This document shows positions 15,524 to 24,870 of a DNA stretch of 64,000 nt, in pieces. A program made the position numbers and the translations under genes. Numbering within the stretch: position 1 is the stretch's first letter; every line of letters begins with the position of its first letter. The notes below the pieces were generated by a model, which saw only the letters and a program-made list of their open reading frames with translations, was not told the DNA's origin and did no database searches. The DNA comes from Candidatus Aldehydirespirator sp. (GTDB taxonomy: Bacteria; Actinomycetota; Acidimicrobiia; Acidimicrobiales; Aldehydirespiratoraceae), in contig OZ244866.1 of assembly GCA_965221185.1 (NCBI GenBank), positions 2,390,901 through 2,454,900 of the forward strand, given 5' to 3'.

Positions 15524-18500
15524 TGACCATGCTCGCAGACGGCATCTCGGTGGGGAGCCGCTTCGCCCGCTCGGCGAACCTGGAACGCGACATCGCCCAA
15601 TCCGAGCCGCTCGACGGGTACGTCGTCACCGCTCGAGCCCTCGATGTGATTGAGCGAATCGCTTCTACGGCCGCTACAGGGGCTGCTGGCGGAGCCTGGT
15701 CGCTGACTGGGCCCTACGGATCGGGAAAGTCTTCGCTGGCCCTCCTGCTTGATGCTGCCCTTGGCACCCGCTCTGAAGTCCGGCACGCGGCGCTGAAGCT
15801 CATCGACGATGCCTCAGCCGCCGTCGGAGATCTGCTTCGGAAGGCCCACCATCGGTATGGAACCGAGGACTGCGGCTTCCATCGCGGACTCGTGACCGCC
15901 GGGCGGGAGCCGCTCAACCGCACGGTGCTGTGGGCACTCCACAGGGCAGTTCTGCGCAGCTACGGCAGCATTCCCTCGCCCAAGGGATTCCGGGCTGCCG
16001 AGACATTGCGAGGAGCGCTTGAAGATGCTGAGACGGACGACCCCCGACGCCCTGGCCCATCGCCCTCTGCTCTCTTGGAAGTCGCCCGCTGCCTTGCCGA
16101 AGACGCCCCGCTGCTGTTGGTCATCGATGAGTTCGGAAAGAACCTCGAGGCGATCCGCGACGGCGGCAACGCCGACCCCTACCTGTTGCAGCAGCTAGCG
16201 GAGGCGGGTCAGGGCTCCGGCTTGCCCATCTTCGTGCTGACGCTGCAACACCTGTCGTTCGAGGACCACATGGCCGGTGCAGACGGCCCGCAACGCCGAG
16301 AGTGGGCCAAGGTCCAAGGCCGCTTCGAAGACGTGACTTTCGTCGAGTCAGCCGGGCAGACGCGCGCCCTCATCGGAACTGTCTTCGACGTCCAAGATGA
16401 CTCGCTCAGGGCTCGGATCAACGGGTGGGCCAGCGTCCAGGCCAAGAGGATGCGGGCACTGGGCGTCGCCGATCTCGCTGACCCGAAGACGGTGGCGTCC
16501 TGCTACCCGCTGCATCCATTGGCGGCGCTGGTCCTGCCCGAGTTGTGCAGCCGGTACGGCCAGCACGAGCGCACGCTGTTCTCGTTCCTGACCGGACCGC
16601 ACTCCGCGAGCGCTTCTTCGTTCCTTGCCTCTACCGAGTTGCCCGTTCATGGGCGTCCTCCGTCGCTGGGCCTCGAGGCTGTGTACGACTACTTCGTCGG
16701 CAGCAGCGCGCTCAACATCGAGTCCGCCCGTCTGTCAGGCCGATGGACCGAGATCGCCACGCGACTGCGCGACTCCCACGGACTCACGCCATCGCAGGCC
16801 CGGCTGGCTAAGGCGATCGCCCTTCTCAATCTCGTGTCCACAACGGGAACGATCCGGGCATCCCGACAGCTGCTCGCGTTGACCGACAAGAGCGGAAACG
16901 GAGCTCTGGCCAAACTGGAAGACGCGGGCGTGGTCACCTACCGCGACTTCGCCGACGAATACCGGATCTGGCATGGAACAGACGTCGACATCCAACTCCT
17001 CCTTGATGCGGCCCGCCGCCGGATCGAGCGGCAGCCGCTGGTGGAGATCCTCTCCGATATCGATCAGCCGCAGCCGGTCGTCGCGGCTCGCCACAGCGCG
17101 GAGAATGACGTCCTTCGTGTGTTCCATAAGCGCTATGCCAGTTGCGAGGAGCAAGTAGAGCCCGTCGACGCCTTCTCCCGATACGACGGCGAAGTGTTGC
17201 TGGTGGTGGACTCGCACCGTCGTACACCGACCATGGCCCGGCCATCGGCGACGACCAAGCCCATCGTGGCAGCGATACCCGGCGATGTGACTGACCTAGA
17301 CGCAGCCGCCCGGGAGGTCGCTGCCGTGAAGGACGCCCTCAACGACCCCTCGGTCGCAGAAGACTGGGTGGCGCGACAAGAGCTGAGCGAGCGCCTGGCC
17401 CAAACCCGAGTCGCCTTCGACCAAGCCCTCGCCGACACCTTCCACTCAGATGCGTGCGAGTGGATTCTGCTCGGAATCGAGGATGGCCAGAAGCTCCGAC
17501 GTGGGCGGGGAACCGCCGCGCTGTCCGATGCAGCCAACCGTGCGTACTCCAACACCCCGATGATCCGCAACGAGATGCTCAACCGAACTGTGCTCACGTC
17601 GCAAGGGGCGAAGGCCCGAGCAATTCTCCTCAAAGCAATGATCGAGCACGGGTCTGACCCGGACCTCGGCTTGAAGGGCTACGGACCAGAAGTCGCCATG
17701 TACCGGGCCTTCCTGCATGGCACCGGGCTCCACGACGCCGACGCCATGGGCTTTGGTGAGCCATTTGATGACTCGCTGCAACCGGCTTGGAACATGCTTC
17801 AAGAAGAGTTCAAGCGAGCGACAACCCGGCGCGTCAATCTGAACGACATTTACGCAGCACTGCTGTCGCCAACATACGGAATGAAGTCCGGTGCCATCCC
17901 CGTATTGGTCACCGCCGCGCTGATCGCCGCTTCCGATGAGATCGCCATCTACGAGCACGGCACTTTCAAGCCGTTGCTCACATCCGAGTTGTCCGAACGG
18001 ATGGTGCGCAACCCCGGCCACTTCGACATCAAACACTTCGCCAACACGACCGGCGCCCGCGAGCAAGTCGTGCAAGCACTCGTGGACCGGCTCAAGCCGC
18101 AGTCCCACTTCCGTATGCATCGGGTCGCCAACGTGCTTACTGTCGTCGGACATCTGGTGTCCCGAATCAGCCGACTCGACAACTACACCCTCCGTACGAG
18201 GAACCTTGAGCCCAAGACGCTGAGGGCGCGGGAGGCACTGCTAGCCGCTGTCGAGCCCGATGAGTTGCTCTTCATGGCCCTTCCCGAGGCTCTCGGATTC
18301 CGCCCGGTGCCCGCCCACACAAAGACCTACTCGAAGGCAAGCGCCTACGCCGTCGAGGTGGCAGTCGTAGTGGACGAACTAACCAGCAACTACGAGCGGC
18401 TCCTGAGCCAACTCCTGAAGCTGCTGCTCGATGCCAGCGCCGAGACCACCCGCTTGGCCGTGATGGGCCAGGCCGACGCTCTAGAGGGCGAGGTCCTCGA

Positions 18501-18993
18501 TCCCGACATGCGGGCGTTCGTGCTCACTCTGGCAAGCGACAGCATCAAGGCCGATTTCGACTGGGCGAAGGCTGTCGCCACCGTCGTCGCCAAGAAAGCG
18601 CCGGCGGAATGGACTGACCACGACCTGCTGCACTTCCGACGCGAGATCACCGAGCAGTTCGGCGCATTTCACCGGCTCATGGCTCTCCACGCCGAACACC
18701 GGGCCTGCGGTGGCGGCGCCTTCAAGCCCTTCCGCGTGACAGTGACCAGCGCCGACGGCAACGAGCACGCCCGCCTCGTCGGGGTCGACCAGGCGCTGCG
18801 TCCGGAGGCCGAGAGAGTTCTGAAGACCGTCCTCCAAGAACTCACCAAGATCACAGGATCCCCCTTACGAGCGCACCACGCCCTGCTAGCGCTGCTGGGG
18901 GAGCGCCTGCTACCCGACACGGCCACACCCGCCGAAGAGTTGCTACTATCCGAAATATCCGATCTATCCGGGAGTCGATTGGGCCATGGCTGA
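15520..18993 (+). CDS. sspC: Large P-loop NTPase, SspC-like (1157 aa)
   Basis: The ATG at 15520 overlaps the sspB stop (ATGA). Walker A GPYGSGKSS and Walker B LLLVIDEFGK are present. The tracked ORF's 189 upstream codons overlap sspB and are discarded. Confidence 0.7.
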   Translation: MMTMLADGISVGSRFARSANLERDIAQSEPLDGYVVTARALDVIERIASTAATGAAGGAWSLTGPYGSGKSSLALLLDAALGTRSEVRHAALKLIDDASAAVGDLLRKAHHRYGTEDCGFHRGLVTAGREPLNRTVLWALHRAVLRSYGSIPSPKGFRAAETLRGALEDAETDDPRRPGPSPSALLEVARCLAEDAPLLLVIDEFGKNLEAIRDGGNADPYLLQQLAEAGQGSGLPIFVLTLQHLSFEDHMAGADGPQRREWAKVQGRFEDVTFVESAGQTRALIGTVFDVQDDSLRARINGWASVQAKRMRALGVADLADPKTVASCYPLHPLAALVLPELCSRYGQHERTLFSFLTGPHSASASSFLASTELPVHGRPPSLGLEAVYDYFVGSSALNIESARLSGRWTEIATRLRDSHGLTPSQARLAKAIALLNLVSTTGTIRASRQLLALTDKSGNGALAKLEDAGVVTYRDFADEYRIWHGTDVDIQLLLDAARRRIERQPLVEILSDIDQPQPVVAARHSAENDVLRVFHKRYASCEEQVEPVDAFSRYDGEVLLVVDSHRRTPTMARPSATTKPIVAAIPGDVTDLDAAAREVAAVKDALNDPSVAEDWVARQELSERLAQTRVAFDQALADTFHSDACEWILLGIEDGQKLRRGRGTAALSDAANRAYSNTPMIRNEMLNRTVLTSQGAKARAILLKAMIEHGSDPDLGLKGYGPEVAMYRAFLHGTGLHDADAMGFGEPFDDSLQPAWNMLQEEFKRATTRRVNLNDIYAALLSPTYGMKSGAIPVLVTAALIAASDEIAIYEHGTFKPLLTSELSERMVRNPGHFDIKHFANTTGAREQVVQALVDRLKPQSHFRMHRVANVLTVVGHLVSRISRLDNYTLRTRNLEPKTLRAREALLAAVEPDELLFMALPEALGFRPVPAHTKTYSKASAYAVEVAVVVDELTSNYERLLSQLLKLLLDASAETTRLAVMGQADALEGEVLDPDMRAFVLTLASDSIKADFDWAKAVATVVAKKAPAEWTDHDLLHFRREITEQFGAFHRLMALHAEHRACGGGAFKPFRVTVTSADGNEHARLVGVDQALRPEAERVLKTVLQELTKITGSPLRAHHALLALLGERLLPDTATPAEELLLSEISDLSGSRLGHG

Positions 18994-19834
18994 AGCAGTC
19001 CGTCACATCTGCGGTATCTCCGGCGGTAAAGACTCCAGCGCGCTCGCCGTCTACTTGCGGAACCGAGTGCCCGACATGGAGTACTTCTTCTGCGACACCG
19101 GCGCCGAGTTGCCCGAGACCTACGAGTATCTGACCCGCCTGGAGGTGATCCTCGCCAAGTCCATCGTGCGGCTAAACGCGTCGCGGGGGTTCGACCACTG
19201 GTTCGAGGTGTTCCGGGGGACGCTGCCGTCGCCCCAGATGCGGTGGTGCACCAAGAATATGAAGATCAAGCCCATCGAAGAGTGGATCGGCGACGAGCCA
19301 GCCGTGTCCTACGTGGCGATCAGGGCCGACGAGTCCAACCGCAAGGGCTACATCTCCACCAAGCCCAACATCGAGACCCGCTTCCCGTTCGTGGAGGACA
19401 GCGTCGATCACGCAGGTGTGATGAGGATCCTCCACGACGCCGGCATCGGCCTGCCCGCCTACTACGAGTGGCGGACTCGCTCAGGCTGCTACTTCTGCTT
19501 CTACCAGCGCAAGGCCGAGTGGATCGGCCTCGCCGAGCGCCACCCCGACCTCTTCGACCGGGCGGTAGCCATCGAGCAGAAGGTCCTCCAAGACGCCGGA
19601 GTCAACGGAGACGCCGACTTCGGCGACCGGGCCATGCGAGGCCGCCAGTACACATGGTCCGGCGGGGAGACCTTGCTCCAACTCCGCTCCCGACGTGAGC
19701 AGATCCTCGAGCGCCATGACGCAGCCATGGCCCGAGCCAACAAGACAAGGGCCAACCTCCCCCTCATCGAAGCGCTTGCCGACGCCTTCAACGAAGATGA
19801 CGACACCGAGGCCTGCACCGTCTGCGCGCTATGA
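18986..19834 (+). CDS. sspD: PP-loop / PAPS-reductase-family protein, SspD (DndC-like)
   Basis: SGGKDS PP-loop at about 19016-19036. Cys pairs CYFC and CTVC are present. There is an 8-nt overlap with sspC. Confidence 0.75.
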   Translation: MAEAVRHICGISGGKDSSALAVYLRNRVPDMEYFFCDTGAELPETYEYLTRLEVILAKSIVRLNASRGFDHWFEVFRGTLPSPQMRWCTKNMKIKPIEEWIGDEPAVSYVAIRADESNRKGYISTKPNIETRFPFVEDSVDHAGVMRILHDAGIGLPAYYEWRTRSGCYFCFYQRKAEWIGLAERHPDLFDRAVAIEQKVLQDAGVNGDADFGDRAMRGRQYTWSGGETLLQLRSRREQILERHDAAMARANKTRANLPLIEALADAFNEDDDTEACTVCAL

Positions 19835-22380
19835 CAGGCGCTGCCTCACCCGTACGACAGGACTCCGACGGCAATCACTACTGGACCTTCATTGTCAGCA
19901 ACACCCACCTCCAGAGCAATCGTCGGATAGCGTTTCCGCAAGACGTGGCAGAGGCTCTTGGTTGCAAGCCAGATGCTGTCACTCGCATAGCGGTGGAGAA
20001 CCCTGCGGGCTGCCGCAAGCTAATGGTGCTCTTGGAGCGGAGACCATCTGCAAGAACGATCATTCTCCATCTCGCCGAACCTCTCAGGAGACTGAACGCC
20101 GCCCAGGAGCAGTTGATCGATCTTGTGGTCGCTGGTCCAAGACGAGTGGTATTGAGGCCGAGCACACGCTCAATGCCATTGACCTGGGGAGCTAGACCCA
20201 GAAACTCCAATCCAGGGACTCCGGGGCCAACTCGGACCGCAGCACCTGCGCGGCCAGCACCATGGGGCAGTCCACCTACGCCCCTCCTGCCGGCCTGGCA
20301 CTTGGACGCGCTAGCGGCGGTCTCTCTACCGTCCGACCTAGTGACTCTGCTGGACGGCGAGGCCGGCGAGACCCAGTTACGCTCCATCGGCGATCTTGTC
20401 GGTTTCTGGGAGTCGCGAACGGAACCCGTCGGAATAGAAGCCCGCCGCGCTCTGTCGCGCATAGTGAGGCAGCAGCGCTGGCCGCCGAAAGACCACATAG
20501 TAATTCCCAGCGAAGCCGAGGCCGTCCATCTATTGGAATGCCCTCTCGGGCAGCGTGCGACAAACTGCGTCAGCAGAGCGGTGGCTGACAGAAGACTCAA
20601 GACCGAACAGCCTGTGACAGTTGGTTGGCTCTTGTCGTTGCAGAACTTCGGCATCGCCTCCTTGCTGGAGGTCATGTGTGTCGCAGAAGCTGCCGTCGAG
20701 AGCGGATTCTTGACAGGGCGGCCCGCATCGGCACCCGATCAACCGGCTACGTCACCGAAGCCCTCCGAGCCTCCAGACCCATCGATAACCACATGGAGTT
20801 TCGCGATCCCCCTGCTGAAGAGGCTTCTCGCTGGCTCGGCTGAGTTCTACGGCGCACACACCCTAACCGACGCACTCACCTGCGATCTCGGAAGGATCAT
20901 CTCCGAACTGCACATGGAGGACCCTCTCAACGGCCTTCTCATCTGCGACCTTGCCGACAGGCGAACCTTCGCGGAAGAAGCGGTTTCTGCCGTGACAGAG
21001 TTCTGGGAAGCGCTGTCACCGATAGAACGACTCATCCTCGAGGAGCGCGTACTCGCGCCAGAGCCGCTAAGCCTTGTAGAGATCGGCCGGAAGACAAGCC
21101 TCTCTCGGGAACGGATTCGTCAGATACAGAAGCCCCTAGAGGCCAGGTTGCGCCAATCCCGCGATGTTGACGGTGACGTCCGATCCTGGGTGAGCTTCGT
21201 CGGGGCCACGATTCGCCATCATGTCGGCCCGATCGTGGCCGAGAGGGATCTGGAGGAGCGCATTACGCGGGCGTTCCCGGATGTGGAGACCGCGGAGGCG
21301 GACAAGTCTGTCATGCCCATCGCGCGGCAACTGCTTCGAAGGGAACTTGGATACGCCTGCCATGGTGGAGTCTGTTTCGACGACGCGGCGTCCGAAGTAG
21401 TCAAGGGTCTCAAGGACTCAGCCCGCTGTATTGCGGATGATACCGGGCTCATCGACGAGCGAGATCTGCGAGCTCGCCTGCCCGAGGAGACGTGGCAGCA
21501 GCACTGGGCCGTCCTCTTGGCGCGGTGCGGCCTCTTGCGCCTTAGCGGCCGGCTGGCACTGCGGGACACAGCGAAGGCCCGGGCTAGGGCGGCGCTGATT
21601 TCGATTGGCCGGCCGGCAACAAAGGAAGAAGTAGCGCAACAGAGCGGGCTGGACTCCGCCCGCGCTGGTGCACAACTGTCGGCAATGGACGGCGTGGTGC
21701 GGGCCGACAAGAACCGGTGGGGCCTTGCAGAGTGGATCGACGACGAGTACGAGGGAATCGCCGCAGAGATCGTGCAGCGCATCGAAGAGGACGGCGGAGC
21801 GACGCGCCTAGAGAGGCTGCTCGAAGAGTTGCCCCGTATGTTCGAAGTGAGCGAGAATAGCGTTCGTTCATATATCGCGACGCCGAAATTCTCACTCAAG
21901 GACGGCTACGTCAGCGCAGCCGATTCATCTTCCATCAGGCTTCGGTCCCTCGCTGACGCCGTCCACGGTCACACGGTTGACGGGCGGCCATACTGGCAAT
22001 TCAGAGTGGAGGACCGATACTTCGATGGCTACAGCCTGACCGGACTGCCACCTGAGATAGTAAAGGCACTTGGCTGTGAGCCGGACGGGCGGGTACGCGT
22101 TCCGATCTCGGAACCCACTGACTGCAAGCCCATTTCGGTGAGCTGGCCGCTCGCCTCTAACGCCGGCGCCAACATTGGATATCTCTCTGAGCCGCTGCGC
22201 CGGCTCGGCGCGCGCGGCGGCGAGCGTGCCCTGTTCGTCATCGACAGCCCCGAGAGCGTCTCGATACGGCTCGAGACCCCCGTCATCGACGAGGAGGCCA
22301 CCAAAGAAGTAGACGCGGCATCCTTCGAACGGGGGCATAACTTCCTAGAGCGGATGAAGAACAGGCGCCGGGCGCTGTGA
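19831..22380 (+). CDS. 849-aa multi-domain DNA-binding protein (sigma-70 region-4-like HTH, HARE-HTH-like winged helix, duplicated terminal domains)
   Basis: ATGA overlap with sspD. LSLVEIGRKTSLSRERIRQIQKPLEARL resembles sigma region 4. VVRADKNRWGLAEW resembles the HARE-HTH C-terminal strand. The N- and C-terminal ~95-aa segments share YW.F.V, ALGC.PD and EPLRRL. Confidence 0.55.
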   Translation: MTGAASPVRQDSDGNHYWTFIVSNTHLQSNRRIAFPQDVAEALGCKPDAVTRIAVENPAGCRKLMVLLERRPSARTIILHLAEPLRRLNAAQEQLIDLVVAGPRRVVLRPSTRSMPLTWGARPRNSNPGTPGPTRTAAPARPAPWGSPPTPLLPAWHLDALAAVSLPSDLVTLLDGEAGETQLRSIGDLVGFWESRTEPVGIEARRALSRIVRQQRWPPKDHIVIPSEAEAVHLLECPLGQRATNCVSRAVADRRLKTEQPVTVGWLLSLQNFGIASLLEVMCVAEAAVESGFLTGRPASAPDQPATSPKPSEPPDPSITTWSFAIPLLKRLLAGSAEFYGAHTLTDALTCDLGRIISELHMEDPLNGLLICDLADRRTFAEEAVSAVTEFWEALSPIERLILEERVLAPEPLSLVEIGRKTSLSRERIRQIQKPLEARLRQSRDVDGDVRSWVSFVGATIRHHVGPIVAERDLEERITRAFPDVETAEADKSVMPIARQLLRRELGYACHGGVCFDDAASEVVKGLKDSARCIADDTGLIDERDLRARLPEETWQQHWAVLLARCGLLRLSGRLALRDTAKARARAALISIGRPATKEEVAQQSGLDSARAGAQLSAMDGVVRADKNRWGLAEWIDDEYEGIAAEIVQRIEEDGGATRLERLLEELPRMFEVSENSVRSYIATPKFSLKDGYVSAADSSSIRLRSLADAVHGHTVDGRPYWQFRVEDRYFDGYSLTGLPPEIVKALGCEPDGRVRVPISEPTDCKPISVSWPLASNAGANIGYLSEPLRRLGARGGERALFVIDSPESVSIRLETPVIDEEATKEVDAASFERGHNFLERMKNRRRAL

Positions 22381-24653
22381 GTGCTTTGGCCTCTGAGCCC
22401 ACTATGCAGCCCGGGCTATATCGCCTGCCCGAAGCCCCTATCGGAGAGAACGTGCTCATTCCGGGATTCCGCGCTGCGAAGTCGGTTCGCGGGGCGTTCG
22501 GATGGTTCACCGCAGGATGGATTAGGCAACTCGCGCACGGCCTAGCTGAGTACCTCAACCGGCAAGACACAACACCGATTACCTTCACCGTGGCGCCAAT
22601 CATGTACCCGAGAGAGCGTGATGCGATCGAGGCTGCGCAGACGATGACGGCCGAAGAGGCCGCCCAGCGCGTTGCCGAGGTGTTCATTGACGGGCGGCTT
22701 GAAGCGGACGCCCTCGGCCGCCACGCCTTGGACTGCCTGGCTTGGATGCTCGCCGCAGGCCGCCTTTACTTGCGGGTCGCGATTCCCAGGCCCGGATCGA
22801 ACTACCATCCCAAGCTCTGGCTCTTCGACGACGGCGAGCACCAAGTCCTAGTCAGAGGATCCGCCAACGCCACCGGCCGCGGCCTCGACGGCGCCGTGGA
22901 GCACATGGACGTCGATGTCTCCTGGAGCGAGCACGGGCAAAGACGTGTCAGGGCCGGAGTCGCAATGCTCGACGACTGGGAGCACGGAAGAAGCCTCGGC
23001 ATAGAACGCGTCGTGGGCATGCCGGACGCCCTCAAAGAAGGAATCGTCAAGACCGCGCCCACAACGCCACCCTGCATCGAGGACTACTACTGGGCCCTTC
23101 CCAAGGCCGCGCCCCCTCCCAGCAGCCGAGACTCGAGCGCAGAGCGACTGGAGAAGCTGCGCTCCCGGTTCGGTCCTCGGCTCGCCCAAGATCCGCCTCG
23201 GCTGCGCATACCCGATTGGCTGGAGTGGCAGACCGGCGACTATGCGCACCAAGGAGAGGCCGTCGCCGCGTGGGAGTCGGCCGGCGAGCGCGGGACACTC
23301 GCCATGGCTACCGGCGCAGGCAAGACACTCACAGCTCTCGTGTGCGTAGCACGCGCTCAGGAGCGCATAGACGAAGCGCTTCTTGTCATCGTTTCGGCGC
23401 CGTCAGTGCCTCTCATCAGCCAATGGCGCGAAGAGATCCAACACTTCGGCGTAGAAGCGGCCACCCCCACCCTTGCAGCGAACACCAACAGTGCGATCAC
23501 CAACCTGCTCCGCTCCCTTGGCGCGGGCGGCACACACATAGCGGTGGTCACTAACAACCTGCTGTGCGATCCCGCCTTCCAGAGAACAGCAGTTGGCCTG
23601 ATCGACAACGCGCCCGGCCCGGTCGCCACCATGCTGATAGCCGACGAAGCGCACACACTCGGAGCCAAGAGCTTCGTCGCGAACAAGCCTGAGTTCTTTG
23701 AGCGGCGCCTCGCATTATCAGCCACCCCGGAACGCCAGCACGACCCCGACGGCACCGAGGAGATATTCGAGTTCTTCGGCCCGCAGGTCTACGAGTTCGG
23801 GCTCGGCCGGGCCATCGGGTTCTGTCTCACGCCATACGACTACCACGTGCACGCCACAGTTCTCGACGACGACGAGCTGGACGAGTTTCACGAGTTGACG
23901 AAACGGATAGGACGAATAGCATCCCGACTTCGGGACCAACTCCAAGACGACACCGCCCTCAAGGGCCTGCTAATCAGGAGACGCAGAATCATTGAGACCG
24001 CCGAGGCGAAGCTCCCTTTGTTGCGAGAGGTCCTGAATCGCCGAGGGCCACGGTCCCTCAGACACGCCCTCGTGTATGCGTCCGCGAAGAACCCCGAACA
24101 ATTCGACCGCATCGCCGCGGCCCTCACGGACCTAGGGGTCCATTGGGCGTCCGTAACTCAGGAGACGACGGCAAGGCCCCGCAAACTCGACGACACGCTG
24201 AAGCTGTTCGCAGACGGTGGCTTGCAGATCCTGCTTGCAAAGAGAGTACTCGACGAAGGCGTGGACATTCCAAGCACCCGGGAAGCGTTCATCGTCGCAT
24301 CGTCTACGGTCGAGCGGGAATGGATCCAGCGGCGCGGCCGGATCCTGCGCCGGCATCCTGGGAAAGCGCACGCAGTTCTACACGACTTCCTCGCGCTGCC
24401 CCCGGTGCAGTTGGTCCGAAGCGCGGGCGACTCTGACAAGGATCTCAAGCGGATCGTCCGCAGCGAGTTGTCCCGCGCGTTCGCCTTCGCCGCGCATGCC
24501 CGCAACGGCGCAGGCAGCGACGGCGTCCTCGCTCACCTTGAACTAATCAAGAGCGCCTACTGGCCGGGACCTGAGCACCGGGCCCTGTCGATCCTGCAGG
24601 CCCCGGGCGATCATCTGATCGACCCGTCCACACCCGAGGGGACACCATGGTAA
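22377..24653 (+). CDS. HKD phospholipase-D-family nuclease domain fused to SF2 DEAH helicase (758 aa)
   Basis: GTGA overlap with the upstream gene. Single HKD motif HPKLWLFD...GSANAT (codons from 22806). Helicase motif I MATGAGKTLTAL and motif II LIADEAH are present, with a C-terminal RecA-like domain (ILLAKRVLDEGVDIP, QRRGRILR). Confidence 0.75.
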   Translation: MSALASEPTMQPGLYRLPEAPIGENVLIPGFRAAKSVRGAFGWFTAGWIRQLAHGLAEYLNRQDTTPITFTVAPIMYPRERDAIEAAQTMTAEEAAQRVAEVFIDGRLEADALGRHALDCLAWMLAAGRLYLRVAIPRPGSNYHPKLWLFDDGEHQVLVRGSANATGRGLDGAVEHMDVDVSWSEHGQRRVRAGVAMLDDWEHGRSLGIERVVGMPDALKEGIVKTAPTTPPCIEDYYWALPKAAPPPSSRDSSAERLEKLRSRFGPRLAQDPPRLRIPDWLEWQTGDYAHQGEAVAAWESAGERGTLAMATGAGKTLTALVCVARAQERIDEALLVIVSAPSVPLISQWREEIQHFGVEAATPTLAANTNSAITNLLRSLGAGGTHIAVVTNNLLCDPAFQRTAVGLIDNAPGPVATMLIADEAHTLGAKSFVANKPEFFERRLALSATPERQHDPDGTEEIFEFFGPQVYEFGLGRAIGFCLTPYDYHVHATVLDDDELDEFHELTKRIGRIASRLRDQLQDDTALKGLLIRRRRIIETAEAKLPLLREVLNRRGPRSLRHALVYASAKNPEQFDRIAAALTDLGVHWASVTQETTARPRKLDDTLKLFADGGLQILLAKRVLDEGVDIPSTREAFIVASSTVEREWIQRRGRILRRHPGKAHAVLHDFLALPPVQLVRSAGDSDKDLKRIVRSELSRAFAFAAHARNGAGSDGVLAHLELIKSAYWPGPEHRALSILQAPGDHLIDPSTPEGTPW

Positions 24654-24862
24654 GCAACTATGACCGCATTTACCTTGAAATACAGAAGGAGGCCAAGCGT
24701 GTCGAGCGAGAACATGGCGTGCCAGCAGATCCGCTAACCGAGCTGGTGATGGGGATAGTGGACACCGAGGACCGCAATCGGATTAGACCGCTGGGAAACG
24801 TCAAGCAGCGAATAGAGAACATGATTGCCGACGCCTCTCGTGCGCATACGCGGGACCCGTAG
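24647..24862 (+). CDS. Small hypothetical protein (71 aa)
   Basis: Its ATG overlaps the helicase stop by 7 nt, and it ends 8 nt before the next gene. No motif was recognised. Confidence 0.4.
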   Translation: MVSNYDRIYLEIQKEAKRVEREHGVPADPLTELVMGIVDTEDRNRIRPLGNVKQRIENMIADASRAHTRDP

Positions 24863-24870
24863 GAACGGCC

